From: Corallochytrium limacisporum Hawaii | Taxonomy: Eukaryota; Protista; Pluriformea | Direction of reading: 5' to 3' | Length of the DNA stretch: 64,000 nucleotides | Assembly: GCA_002811645.1 (NCBI GenBank) | Contig: PDIP01000043.1 | Span: 191,807-255,806, forward strand | Part shown: piece by piece, positions 53,706 through 63,555 of the stretch | How positions within the stretch are numbered: position 1 is the first letter of the stretch | Layout of the letters: each line of letters starts with the position of its first letter | Notes under the pieces: generated by a model | The model's database searches: none | Seen by the model: the letters and a program-made list of their open reading frames with translations, nothing else | What the model was told of the DNA's origin: nothing | Made by a program: the position numbers and the translations under genes

Positions 53706-55571
53706 TCAGTGAATTGTGATATTCCGAGCGGGACTTCGTGCTGGCGACCTCGGACGGTTGTTTCGAGCCTGGGAAACGTAAGATGTAACAGCTTTTTCAA
53801 TGCCTTGTATGCGACGCAGTTCCTCGTCTCGCATATGTGAAACAATACGCTCCCATTCCTCATTCTGATCTCGTAACTCTTGAACCTCGCGATTGAGATT
53901 GTTTATGTCTTGCTGGTATGCACTCTCCATGCGAGCCTTTTCCTTCAGCAACTTATCACGCTGCTTATCAAAAGTACCCCTAATCACTGCCGCCTGGCGC
54001 ATCGTACGCTCCGCTTCCTCCACCTTCTCGTTCGCACGCAAACGCGCCACATGTGACTCCTGAACAAGCGCATCAATGCGTTTCTGCATTTCATCCTTGG
54101 ACACTTGGATGGCACGGATGCGGTCCTCAGCCATGCGCGCCTGTCGCTCTTCTTCGTCAGCGAGACGATCGTCGTAACGCTTCTGACTTTCCTGAGCTGC
54201 AAGCTTGTGTGAGACGATTTCGGCTTTGAGGCGTTCATTATCTGTCTCTGCTGCAGCACGAGCAGCTTCTACTTGCCTCAGACGCTCTTCGATGCCACGG
54301 AGGCGGGACTCATTTTGATCACGAAGAGATGCCAGTTCACGTTCCACCCCACGGGCATGGGCGGATTCTTGTTCTCGGTATCGGGCTTCCCAGACCTTCT
54401 GTTGCTCGCGCTCCCGAGCGCGCTGATTCGAAAGCTCCTCTCGAAGATGTTCAATATCCTTCTTTGCAGCGAACAGATCACTTTCCAGCCCTCTCCTCGT
54501 ACGTTCCTTTCCAACCATTTGTTCATCCATACGAATACGTTCTTCACGCTCCATGTCGAGGAGCTTCTGGGCATCCGTTGCGCGGTTATCCAGCTGTTTC
54601 TCCAGGGAACGGACACGTTCCTCAAGCAGAGTTCGTGACTTATCTGCAATCAGATACTTCGCGTGGACCTTGTCGAAGGCGTCCTTGCGTTCGATCAAAG
54701 ACTCTTGCAACGTACGCATCTTTTCCTGCGCAGTGCGTTCCATGGTCACCAGGGTGTCATTAGACCTTTTTAACTCATCCACGGCACTGCGATGATTCTT
54801 CTCCAGAGTCTGCAATTCCCGGTTCAGGAAGGCCGTCCTGCGGGCATCTTTTTCGCGGCCTGCCTCTGCATCTCTGTTGCGTCGAGTACCGGCTTCAATT
54901 ATCCGTATCACATCATCAGGCACGTGATTGCCTGCCAAGTCCATTCTGCAGAGTGTCACATTCCACTGGAATGCATCGGCAAGGGCCCTACCACCCACCA
55001 CGCCCGAATTGTTCCACCGCATATCCAAATCACGCAGGGCAGAGTTGTGGCGCAAGCTGGTAGCAATGGACGTCGCTCCAGTTTGGTCAATGCAGCAGTT
55101 GCGAAGATCCAACTCCTTCAGGACATTGTTCACCGTAAGCATTTCAGCAAGACTAACTATTCCAGAGTCCCAGACGCCGATTGAGTTCCACTCCAGACAA
55201 AGCTTCATCAAATTACAATTGACTTTCAGTGCTTGACAAATTGCGGACCCACCAGCCGCACGAATATTGTTCCCCCGTAGGTCTAGGCTACGAAGTGCGG
55301 TATTGGATTTTAGGGCCTGAGCGATAAATTCTGCGCCATCGTCTCCAATAAGACAGTCTGCAAGGTTTAGTTCTGTAAAGTATGTATCGTTTGCAACAGC
55401 AAGGGACAAGGCTTGAACCTGACTTGGAGAAAAGGTCCTGGCAGAGAGGTTCAGAGATCTCTTACGGGTCTCTGCATTGCCAGGCGGCGTGACCCTTTCC
55501 CAAACGTCCTTTGAAATATCGATACCCAGGTCTCGACAAGCCCGATCATATGCCGAACGGAAGACATCCAT
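53706..55571 (-). CDS. LRRC45: RNI-like LRR + long coiled-coil protein, LRRC45-like
   Basis: LNLADCLIGDDG, LDLRGNNIRAAG, LCLEWNSIGVW, LDLRN, LDMRWNN.GVVGGRAL, LAGNHVPDD, then ~380 aa coiled coil; first ATG 55571. Confidence 0.8.
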   Translation of the reverse strand: MDVFRSAYDRACRDLGIDISKDVWERVTPPGNAETRKRSLNLSARTFSPSQVQALSLAVANDTYFTELNLADCLIGDDGAEFIAQALKSNTALRSLDLRGNNIRAAGGSAICQALKVNCNLMKLCLEWNSIGVWDSGIVSLAEMLTVNNVLKELDLRNCCIDQTGATSIATSLRHNSALRDLDMRWNNSGVVGGRALADAFQWNVTLCRMDLAGNHVPDDVIRIIEAGTRRNRDAEAGREKDARRTAFLNRELQTLEKNHRSAVDELKRSNDTLVTMERTAQEKMRTLQESLIERKDAFDKVHAKYLIADKSRTLLEERVRSLEKQLDNRATDAQKLLDMEREERIRMDEQMVGKERTRRGLESDLFAAKKDIEHLREELSNQRAREREQQKVWEARYREQESAHARGVERELASLRDQNESRLRGIEERLRQVEAARAAAETDNERLKAEIVSHKLAAQESQKRYDDRLADEEERQARMAEDRIRAIQVSKDEMQKRIDALVQESHVARLRANEKVEEAERTMRQAAVIRGTFDKQRDKLLKEKARMESAYQQDINNLNREVQELRDQNEEWERIVSHMRDEELRRIQGIEKAVTSYVSQARNNRPRSPARSPARNITIH

Positions 55572-56790
55572 GTTCACCGTTTGTCTTTGCTGATATCAAT
55601 GGGTCCTCTGTCTCCATTTCATGCTGCCACTAGGTCTTACTTCGACCTATGGCAATCACACACACACACTCACAACATTACTACTTAGCCTCTACAATGG
55701 AGTTGCCAGGGAACTCATCAGATACCTTCATGAATGATCCAGAATGTACTCGAAGTGTTTCACATGTCGACCACCGAATTATACGAAACGAGTCGTCCCA
55801 GTACAGTTGTACCGGATTGGTAAGCCCGTCTGCAATCACATTCGGTCCCAGCGGTCCGTTCAAGATACACAAAATATGTCCCGCCACTTTTCCTGCGGCT
55901 ACCTTAAACCACCTTGCCAACGAAAACTGACCCCGAAATACCGACCCCCGTGAATATTCTGTGAATCGATGCTTTCCTATGAAATAGTATGCCAAATGTC
56001 GGGCTTGGCTCGTGCGCAGTACATTGAGTATAGAGTTCTAGAATTTGTGTTTCATAGCGGGGACCCCGGGGTCAAAATGGCTTTAGTCAGGCCATCTGAC
56101 CCCGGGCCGGGTACATCTCCAGGGACTCGAGGATACGCACTTGTGCACATCGTCACACCCAAGCACCAAATCCACAGAACTGACATGTGGACATGGCTTC
56201 ACGGATTGGAAATGACAGGTTACACCCTACCTGTAAACAGCTGGTAATAACGCTGTCTGGTTCGCAAAGAAAGTATAATGATCGGCCACACCAGCTGTCT
56301 GACTTGACTAGTTGGCTCCGCGGCAAGGCCACACAATTTTGTGTCCGCTATGATCATTCCATCGCTGGTCCCAGCACTGAACTTTGTCCCACTCTTGTCG
56401 AAAACGACGAGAAGGATACAGGTGGCTCACGTCCCTCTCATTTTAAAGTGATACATTATACTATGGAAATGAACAGCAGCTCCCCACTGATACGGTCCCA
56501 ACGGGTGTATGTTAGTTCCCAGTGAGATGCCCGGGCTTCTTAGTAGTGACTTGGGGGGAAAGCGGCAGTGCGCACGGGGAAGGGGTTATCTGGTTCCTTT
56601 CAACCTGGCAATTTTCTCAATCAAGTTGGCACTGACCTGATAAAGATCACATTCATGCCCCACCATCTTTACGATATCTGTGAAACTTTAAAAATCCCTA
56701 CTTAACAGATCCTGCTTGTGGGCAAAGTTGGAAGCAAAGGTATTTAAGGATCCCAGTTGCGGGGGGACAGCAACGCCCGCTTTCGGTGAG

Positions 56791-57705
56791 ATGCGATTAA
56801 CATCATTTCCAAGGTTGAACACAACCATCTTTACTATATTTATATCGATTGCAACTCTACTTATCACGTTTCATATGATGGCCTATGCGAAAACCGCTGT
56901 TGAAAGGGTACCTTCCAGTGCCCGTCATCGGCCAGGCAAGAATCTGTACACATCTCGGCCCACGAACTGGCTTGTCAGTCGGTTCCACTTCAGCTTTGCT
57001 GAATGGTTCGAGCCGAAACGAACTGGGTTCGGTCAGCTGCGTGTAGTCAATGACGACTTGGTGAACCCTCGAGAAGGCTTTGGCACGCATCCTCACGGGG
57101 ACATGGAGATCTTCTCCTATGTGTTACACGGCGGCCTAACCCATAAGGACTCTATGGGATCTGCCGAGACATTGGGACGTGGCAGTATTCAGTATATGAG
57201 CGCTGGCACCGGTGTCTGGCACTCTGAATACAACAACAGTCCTTCGGAAGACCTACGCTTTTTACAGATCTGGGTGAAACCGAACCGGCGAGGCCTTTCT
57301 CCAAACTACGGTTCCACTGTGTACAACAAAGAGGAACGTCACAACCAGCTTCTGCGCATCATTACGGACAATAGTAACCTGAAGGATGCTAAACGGAATA
57401 ATCCTCACATGATTGGCATTTATCAGGATGTTAATGTCTACGTGAGTGAGCTTGACAGCGCTAAAGTTCTTGACTATGAGCTGAAGGAAGGCCGTCAAGC
57501 CTACCTTGTCAATGCCGAAGGTAAGCTGAAGATCTCAGAGAAGGAAGGGAAATTTGAAATCGTTGACATGGAGGCCCGGGACGCTGTCGAGCTCGTCGGA
57601 CCTCTAAGCATCACGTTTGAAGGTGTGAAGGACACCGTCGAACGGGAAAGGACCGTTATGGTTGACGGAGCCCACTTCCTTATGATCGAAATGGCCCAGG
57701 GCTGA
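56791..57705 (+). CDS. Pirin-family (YhhW-like) bicupin protein; start may be 56875
   Basis: SRFHFSFAE, FGQLRVVNDD, GFGTHPH.DMEIFSYV, HKDSMG, QYMSAGTGVWHSE, FLQIW. Confidence 0.93.
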   Translation: MRLTSFPRLNTTIFTIFISIATLLITFHMMAYAKTAVERVPSSARHRPGKNLYTSRPTNWLVSRFHFSFAEWFEPKRTGFGQLRVVNDDLVNPREGFGTHPHGDMEIFSYVLHGGLTHKDSMGSAETLGRGSIQYMSAGTGVWHSEYNNSPSEDLRFLQIWVKPNRRGLSPNYGSTVYNKEERHNQLLRIITDNSNLKDAKRNNPHMIGIYQDVNVYVSELDSAKVLDYELKEGRQAYLVNAEGKLKISEKEGKFEIVDMEARDAVELVGPLSITFEGVKDTVERERTVMVDGAHFLMIEMAQG

Positions 57706-57881
57706 AGTACATACTCCATATCAGGCCATGTCCATTGTCGTGTATCATATTCTACAGCATGTTAAAAACCTACAAGAATATAAACTCAAGCAAATATTGT
57801 CTTCGAGGCCTTATTCTCATTTAATGCGTTAGACTATTATGATTACAAATATGTAAATGCTCCATACAAGGTATCGTCAAG

Positions 57882-59675
57882 TCAATTCTGGCGGGACTGG
57901 TTCTCACCTTCGCCTGCCTTCTCCTGTGGTTGTTGCTGTTGCTGGGGTTGCTGCTGTTGCTGTTGCTGCGGCTGCTGCTGCTGGGCCTGCTGCTGCTGCT
58001 TTTCATGCTTACCGCCACGACCCTTACGCTCACGGTTGAACTGCTTGCGGTGCTTGCGTCCCTCACCACGGCGCTCGCGCTCCTCAAAAATGTTGATGAG
58101 GCGAAGGAACACCTGGCCGTAATTTCGCTGAATTTTTGTATCGGCAATGTAGATCATGTCGTTATCGACGTATAGATCGACATCACTTGTGAATTTGAAT
58201 TCTCCGCTGCTGGGCGCACCCTGCTGCCAGACACGTGTGTACATCTTGTGCTTGTATAGCATGAGCTGGACACGGAAGGCCTCTTTGTCCATGCCAATCA
58301 GCTCAGCCATCTTCTCAATGGGCAATGAGGTGTACAGCTTCAGGTATGAGCGAACGGTGGGGACCAATGCCTGTTGTTGGACCTCCATCATAAAGAGCTT
58401 GGATTGGAGCTCCAGGGGTTGCTTGTGCAGATTCTCCTTGACATTGTCAAAGTCAGGGGGATTTGGGCTGACAAATTTAGGAGCAGCCTGATTAAACAAC
58501 TCGCGGAAGGTTTCTTCATCACCCTGCTGCATCTTGGCCATTTTGTCACCGTACTTGTCGCTCAGCTGCTGCTGGACGTTGTCATCGATGCGTTGAGGGC
58601 AGAGAGTCAGAGCAATTGCAAGTAGAGCCAGCATTTGCTCGCTGCGTTTGAGGATGAGGTCGAACTGGATGCTCATGGTCAGGTACTGTTTGGCCCTCTG
58701 AATATAGATGATCACATTCAAGAAGGTACGGATGGCATCGTTGTAGCGACGCATCATGAGGTAGGCGAAGCCAACGTAGTAGAAGATTGTCACCTGGCAC
58801 GCAGGGACTTGAGAGTAGATACCTTTCTTGTCGAGTTCAATCTTCTGGAGCACATGCAGAGCCTGGTAGTAGTCACCAAGCAAGCTGTGCAAGCGGCTGA
58901 GTCCGATCAGACTGAAGAAACCGAAAATCTTATACAGGTTGTGAGCACCAAAAGGGTCCGCCACAGTGTGTGGGTCCGCACCCATGCTCTCGTACTCGAG
59001 TTGCTTGTTAATGTTGGACTTCTCAACCAAGGAGTGCAGGATGTTCAACACGCCATAGATTGACCAGATCTGAGGATTGGCCTTCAACAATTGAATCTCT
59101 TCCTCACTCTTACTTTCCAGCTTGCTTCGATCGATGCAGAAGTTTTGGAACTGATAGATGAATTCATCGATGATGTCCCAAAGCCACTGAATGGGCAGAT
59201 CAAGCGGCACCGGAGACTCCGAGTTCAAAATGTAGTTGAACAGATCACAGTAGTTCTCGTAGCTTTTGAACCGGTCTTCCATGCTGGGCTGCAGCTTTGC
59301 GTAAATATGGCGATAGTAGATCTCCTTGTACAGCATCACGAAGCGAGGCTCGTGGTTGACTAGAGGTGCAACATCTTCAATTGCTGGCCAAGGAGAATCC
59401 TTGAAATACAGTTCCGTGAAACGGTTCAGTGTGTGTTCATAAATGCTTTCAATCTCGTCCACCTTTTCGTTCTGGATGGCCTGATTGAAGTAGATAATAA
59501 AATTCTTTAGTACATTGGGCAGCTGCACCGGTGCGGGCTGCTCAAACTCCTGGCCTGCCTCCGCATAGTACTCTGGGTCTTGCAGCTGTTCGTCTGTCTG
59601 GTAGTATTTACGGAAGGACGGCAACTCATCGACATCAAGGTCGAGGAGGTCTTCTCCCTCAAACGTGGCCGTCAT
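57882..59675 (-). CDS. EIF3L: Translation initiation factor eIF3 subunit L
   Basis: LYKEIYYRHIY, WLWDIIDEFIYQFQ, FSLIGLSRLHSLLGDY, YYVGFAYLMMRRY, PKFVSP, RSYLKLYTS; poly-Q tail; first ATG 59675. Confidence 0.97.
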   Translation of the reverse strand: MTATFEGEDLLDLDVDELPSFRKYYQTDEQLQDPEYYAEAGQEFEQPAPVQLPNVLKNFIIYFNQAIQNEKVDEIESIYEHTLNRFTELYFKDSPWPAIEDVAPLVNHEPRFVMLYKEIYYRHIYAKLQPSMEDRFKSYENYCDLFNYILNSESPVPLDLPIQWLWDIIDEFIYQFQNFCIDRSKLESKSEEEIQLLKANPQIWSIYGVLNILHSLVEKSNINKQLEYESMGADPHTVADPFGAHNLYKIFGFFSLIGLSRLHSLLGDYYQALHVLQKIELDKKGIYSQVPACQVTIFYYVGFAYLMMRRYNDAIRTFLNVIIYIQRAKQYLTMSIQFDLILKRSEQMLALLAIALTLCPQRIDDNVQQQLSDKYGDKMAKMQQGDEETFRELFNQAAPKFVSPNPPDFDNVKENLHKQPLELQSKLFMMEVQQQALVPTVRSYLKLYTSLPIEKMAELIGMDKEAFRVQLMLYKHKMYTRVWQQGAPSSGEFKFTSDVDLYVDNDMIYIADTKIQRNYGQVFLRLINIFEERERRGEGRKHRKQFNRERKGRGGKHEKQQQQAQQQQPQQQQQQQPQQQQQPQEKAGEGENQSRQN

Positions 59676-60261
59676 GTTTGCAACTATGTTGTTCCGAACC
59701 CTATGTGACTTTGGATAACCTGTAGACCGACGGGGTGTTACAATGTCCGGTTCAAAGATTTGAAATAGCAATCGGCCAATAATCAGTCTACTGTTAACTA
59801 ACGGTTCATATCTACAGATATTATTGTCAAGGATAATATAACTCGACTCCAAAACGATGTGTAATCCTGAATGGTCTCCTCACCCTTGCTAACGGTCGGC
59901 GCAGCCTGAGTCCACTGCCAATGCATACAGTTATCCTTCTAGGCACCGGGGCTTGCGCTGCAATAACACACCTCACGAAACCCGGTTTGCCCTCCCCCAC
60001 TTGACGCTGCGTGCCACACTGCAGACACACGTGGGGTCAAACGGATCTGGCTCTTTTGGCAACAGTGAAGTGGGGGATAGTACAATTCTCGCAGCCCTTA
60101 AGCACTTTTACTACCGAAAAAACACTGAAGTTGTTGTCGAAACGCAAACAACTACTCACGCTGCGGGATGTGGGAGAGGGCCAGGGACAAACTCTATATA
60201 AACCGGAGAGTTCGAAAAACTGAAAATCTGTAATATGTATGTAAGGATCTGAACGAACGCT

Positions 60262-63200
60262 TCACAGAGAATTTGGACAGGCGTTCGCCCAATGGCCCAA
60301 GTTGCCACACTTATAGCACTGGGTGCCGCTACTTCCCTCTGCACTGCCACGGCCACCACTTCGCCGCTTGCGACCTCCACCGCCGTCGATGGAGGGGCAG
60401 CTGTTGGCAAAGTGGCCTGGTTCATTGCACTTGTAGCAGACCATATCCGACCGAGGCACCCGAGCTTGAGCGCTACGGCCGCCTCCCGTCTTCTCTAAGG
60501 GACAATTGTTAGCAAAGTGACCGGGTTGCTGGCAATTGTAGCATGTCATACTACCTGTGCTCGAAACTCCTCCCCTGCCATGGTTGCTGCTGTACGATAT
60601 GTTGCCACCTGAGCTCCTTTGTGACAGCCTTCCACCGCCACCTTGCCCTGCGTTGGGACAGTTGGAGGCCCAGTGTCCAGTCCCTTGACAATTATAGCAG
60701 ATATCAGAGCTGCTGGCATTCCCTCCACCTCCACCACTTCTATCTGATGATCCACTCGGCCCTGTATTAGGACAGTTGGCGGCCCAATGTCCGGTGCCCT
60801 GGCACTTGTAGCAGACATCGGTTGTACTCGCACTACCCTTATCAACCGGGCCATTTGAAGTTCTGCCATCGCTCCATTGGAACATGTCACACCGTGTCTC
60901 TCCCTGTCTCTTTCCGCAGACGAAGAAGGTACGACCCTTGTTTGGACCCTCTTTTTGCACAGTGCGCGCTACAGACGGTTCACGGCAGTGACAGAGATCG
61001 CCTTCAAGTGGCGCCGATCGCTGACGTTGAGCAGGACGGAGCATCGAGTCTGGCTCATTATCATCTTGAATGGCAAATGTACTACTGCTATATGCCCGTT
61101 TCTGATTCGATCTGTTGCTAGTCATTGAGGAGCGCGAGACAGCGGTACCTTTGTGGTCCCCACTTCGGGTGCGCGAGGAATTGCCTCGACTAGTTGATCT
61201 GGACCTTGCCACTCCCTGTTGGGCTCGCGGCTCGCACATGCGAATCCCTTCAAGGGCGCCGTCATGGTCTTGAATACAGAAGTCGCCCGTTCTAGGGAAG
61301 CCCACAGGGAGACCACCAGTATCACCAAGGGTGAGATTGATCATTTTGGCGGCACATTGAGGACATTGCTTGTCGGATACCAATGCATGTTCGGTGCTTC
61401 TTGGCAACCAGTGGCCCTTGCTCCTACAGGCTGGGTATCCACTGCATGACACAACCCATGATCCTGTGGACGGCACCTGTTTCAAAATCATTGATGCCGA
61501 TTTGCACTCTAAGCACTGGGAGATCTTGTTCCTGTCATCAGTCCCGAAGGTCATTGCCACGGGTTCTGGTGGTGTTGATTGAAGCCCAAACTGACCAGCT
61601 AGCTCAGAGTCCAGCTCTTGAATCTTCTCCTCCTGTCGTACATAGACGCTCTCATATTCTCTCACATATCTAGCAACGACTTCAGCCTTGTCTTCACTGC
61701 CTCTTGCAACCATAGCGATGCTTTCCTCCATCTCCGCACGGAGAGTCGGCTTCATCAAATCGACTTGCATGCGCTCGTACCCGTTGTATAGTGCAAGGCC
61801 GCGATTGGTTGGCTCAAACCGTGAGTTGACCTTATCCACATAGTTTCTATCCATCACAGTCTTGATATGATCTGCGATTGTGGCATCTGTACCGATGCCA
61901 TGCTTATCCATCAATGCGATAAGTTCACTTTCGGTTAATAATTGCGGAGGCGTTGTCGCTCCCCGTTCGAGGGTCAGCATAGTGGGAGTGAATATTTCTC
62001 CTTGGGAGTACGAACCCACCACTTGATCGGACCAGCGGTCATATGGATAGACATCCAGATAGTTTCTTTCGAGAATTTGCAAACCCTTGGCTTTGAACTC
62101 TTCAGTTGCCATCTTGGCAGTAACAATAGTTTCAGCACCCTTCGCATCCTGACCAAGCCCGGCCAAGAAGTGCCGGGTTACAACTTCGTACACCTTCCGT
62201 TCCAGATCACTGACTGTTCCATCAAGTGCCTTGGTGGGATGAATGGGAGGATGCGCTTGGTCATCCTTGTTGCCCCTCCGTGGGTTGACACCGTCACGAA
62301 GAACTCTTTCAGCGTAGGATCCCCATTGTGAATTTCCAACTTGTGCCTCCACTAGGGGCGCTAGATTCAGAGATCGAGGATACGTGTTGGTCTCTGTTCT
62401 AGGATACGACAAGAAACCACGATTATACAGTGCTTCTGCTTGGGCCATGACCTCATGAGACGAGATCCGAAGAGTTTTAGAAGCAAGCTTTTGAAGCTCG
62501 ACCGTTGTCAATGGCAATGGGCGCCATTTACTTTTGTTTTTAGCAACAACCCTCTCGATGTGGGCAGTCTGTGCTTGTACGCAGACTTCGTAAAGGGCGC
62601 CAGCCAATGGCTCTTCAAAAAGTTTGCCGCGGCTCCACTCAAATTTTGTCTCCATTCCATCTTTCTTGTGTTTCAATAGGATATACCAGAAGTCTTCAGG
62701 AATAAAGCTTTCAATTCTTGCATGCCTATCAGCAACAAACCCCAAGGTTGGAAACTGACAAGAGCCGTAAGACATCAGAGAAAGGTCTTCACTTGGAAAC
62801 ATCTGCTGATATCGAAGAGTGAGATATCTGGTGAAAGCAGCCCCGAGTCTGAGATCTAACTCTGCCCGGGTGTCTGCTGCCAATGATAGCAGCTCGTTCG
62901 GCTTCTGAAGATTACTCCATGCCCTATTGACCTCTACTTGCGTAACAGCACTGAAATTTGCGCGAAATACTTGTAAACTTTTCTTGACTGATTTGCACAG
63001 CTCAAGGACTTCGAATCCAATGTTTTCGCCCTCGCGATCACAATCGGTCCAGATGACGAGAACGTCAGACCTACGTGCCCATTGTTTGAGTTGCTGTGCT
63101 AATTCCATTTTGTCAGGAGCCACCTGCTTCTCAACAGGAGCGCTAAATAGGGCGGATGGTGGCACTTGGCGCCAACCAAAACCTGGTTTGAATTCGGTAC

Positions 63201-63555
63201 CCATCATGTGGCCTAAGACGCTTGTAAAATACATATTACACGGCTGCCCCCGGAAGACACTGCTAAATTCAGCAATTGGATTGTACTTGCTTTTTCCTGT
63301 GTGCTTGGATACTTGCTGGCCCTGAGCAAGAATGGATACACATCCAGTGGCGACTGATGGCTTCTCCGCAACATTCAGAACATTCAGCATCTTCTCGGCA
63401 GGCTCCTTTGGCTTTGCTGCTTTAACTTTGACCCCTTTACCAACATGCACTTTTCTTGTAGTTTTCTTTTTGGTGGCTTTTGTTGCATATACCCTGGCAT
63501 TTGTTGGAGGAGAAATCTCGTTGAAAACCGCTAGTCGACGGCATAGGGCGAGCAT
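60262..63555 (-). CDS. TOP3A: DNA topoisomerase III alpha with GRF zinc finger and five CCHC knuckles
   Basis: VLNVAEKPS, TSVLGH, WTDCDREGENIG, SYGSCQFPTLGF, LSYPRTET (catalytic Tyr), AHPPIHP, GIGTDAT, GPNKGRTFFVC, five CxxCxxxGHxxxxC. Confidence 0.97.
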   Translation of the reverse strand: MLALCRRLAVFNEISPPTNARVYATKATKKKTTRKVHVGKGVKVKAAKPKEPAEKMLNVLNVAEKPSVATGCVSILAQGQQVSKHTGKSKYNPIAEFSSVFRGQPCNMYFTSVLGHMMGTEFKPGFGWRQVPPSALFSAPVEKQVAPDKMELAQQLKQWARRSDVLVIWTDCDREGENIGFEVLELCKSVKKSLQVFRANFSAVTQVEVNRAWSNLQKPNELLSLAADTRAELDLRLGAAFTRYLTLRYQQMFPSEDLSLMSYGSCQFPTLGFVADRHARIESFIPEDFWYILLKHKKDGMETKFEWSRGKLFEEPLAGALYEVCVQAQTAHIERVVAKNKSKWRPLPLTTVELQKLASKTLRISSHEVMAQAEALYNRGFLSYPRTETNTYPRSLNLAPLVEAQVGNSQWGSYAERVLRDGVNPRRGNKDDQAHPPIHPTKALDGTVSDLERKVYEVVTRHFLAGLGQDAKGAETIVTAKMATEEFKAKGLQILERNYLDVYPYDRWSDQVVGSYSQGEIFTPTMLTLERGATTPPQLLTESELIALMDKHGIGTDATIADHIKTVMDRNYVDKVNSRFEPTNRGLALYNGYERMQVDLMKPTLRAEMEESIAMVARGSEDKAEVVARYVREYESVYVRQEEKIQELDSELAGQFGLQSTPPEPVAMTFGTDDRNKISQCLECKSASMILKQVPSTGSWVVSCSGYPACRSKGHWLPRSTEHALVSDKQCPQCAAKMINLTLGDTGGLPVGFPRTGDFCIQDHDGALEGIRMCEPRAQQGVARSRSTSRGNSSRTRSGDHKGTAVSRSSMTSNRSNQKRAYSSSTFAIQDDNEPDSMLRPAQRQRSAPLEGDLCHCREPSVARTVQKEGPNKGRTFFVCGKRQGETRCDMFQWSDGRTSNGPVDKGSASTTDVCYKCQGTGHWAANCPNTGPSGSSDRSGGGGGNASSSDICYNCQGTGHWASNCPNAGQGGGGRLSQRSSGGNISYSSNHGRGGVSSTGSMTCYNCQQPGHFANNCPLEKTGGGRSAQARVPRSDMVCYKCNEPGHFANSCPSIDGGGGRKRRSGGRGSAEGSSGTQCYKCGNLGHWANACPNSL

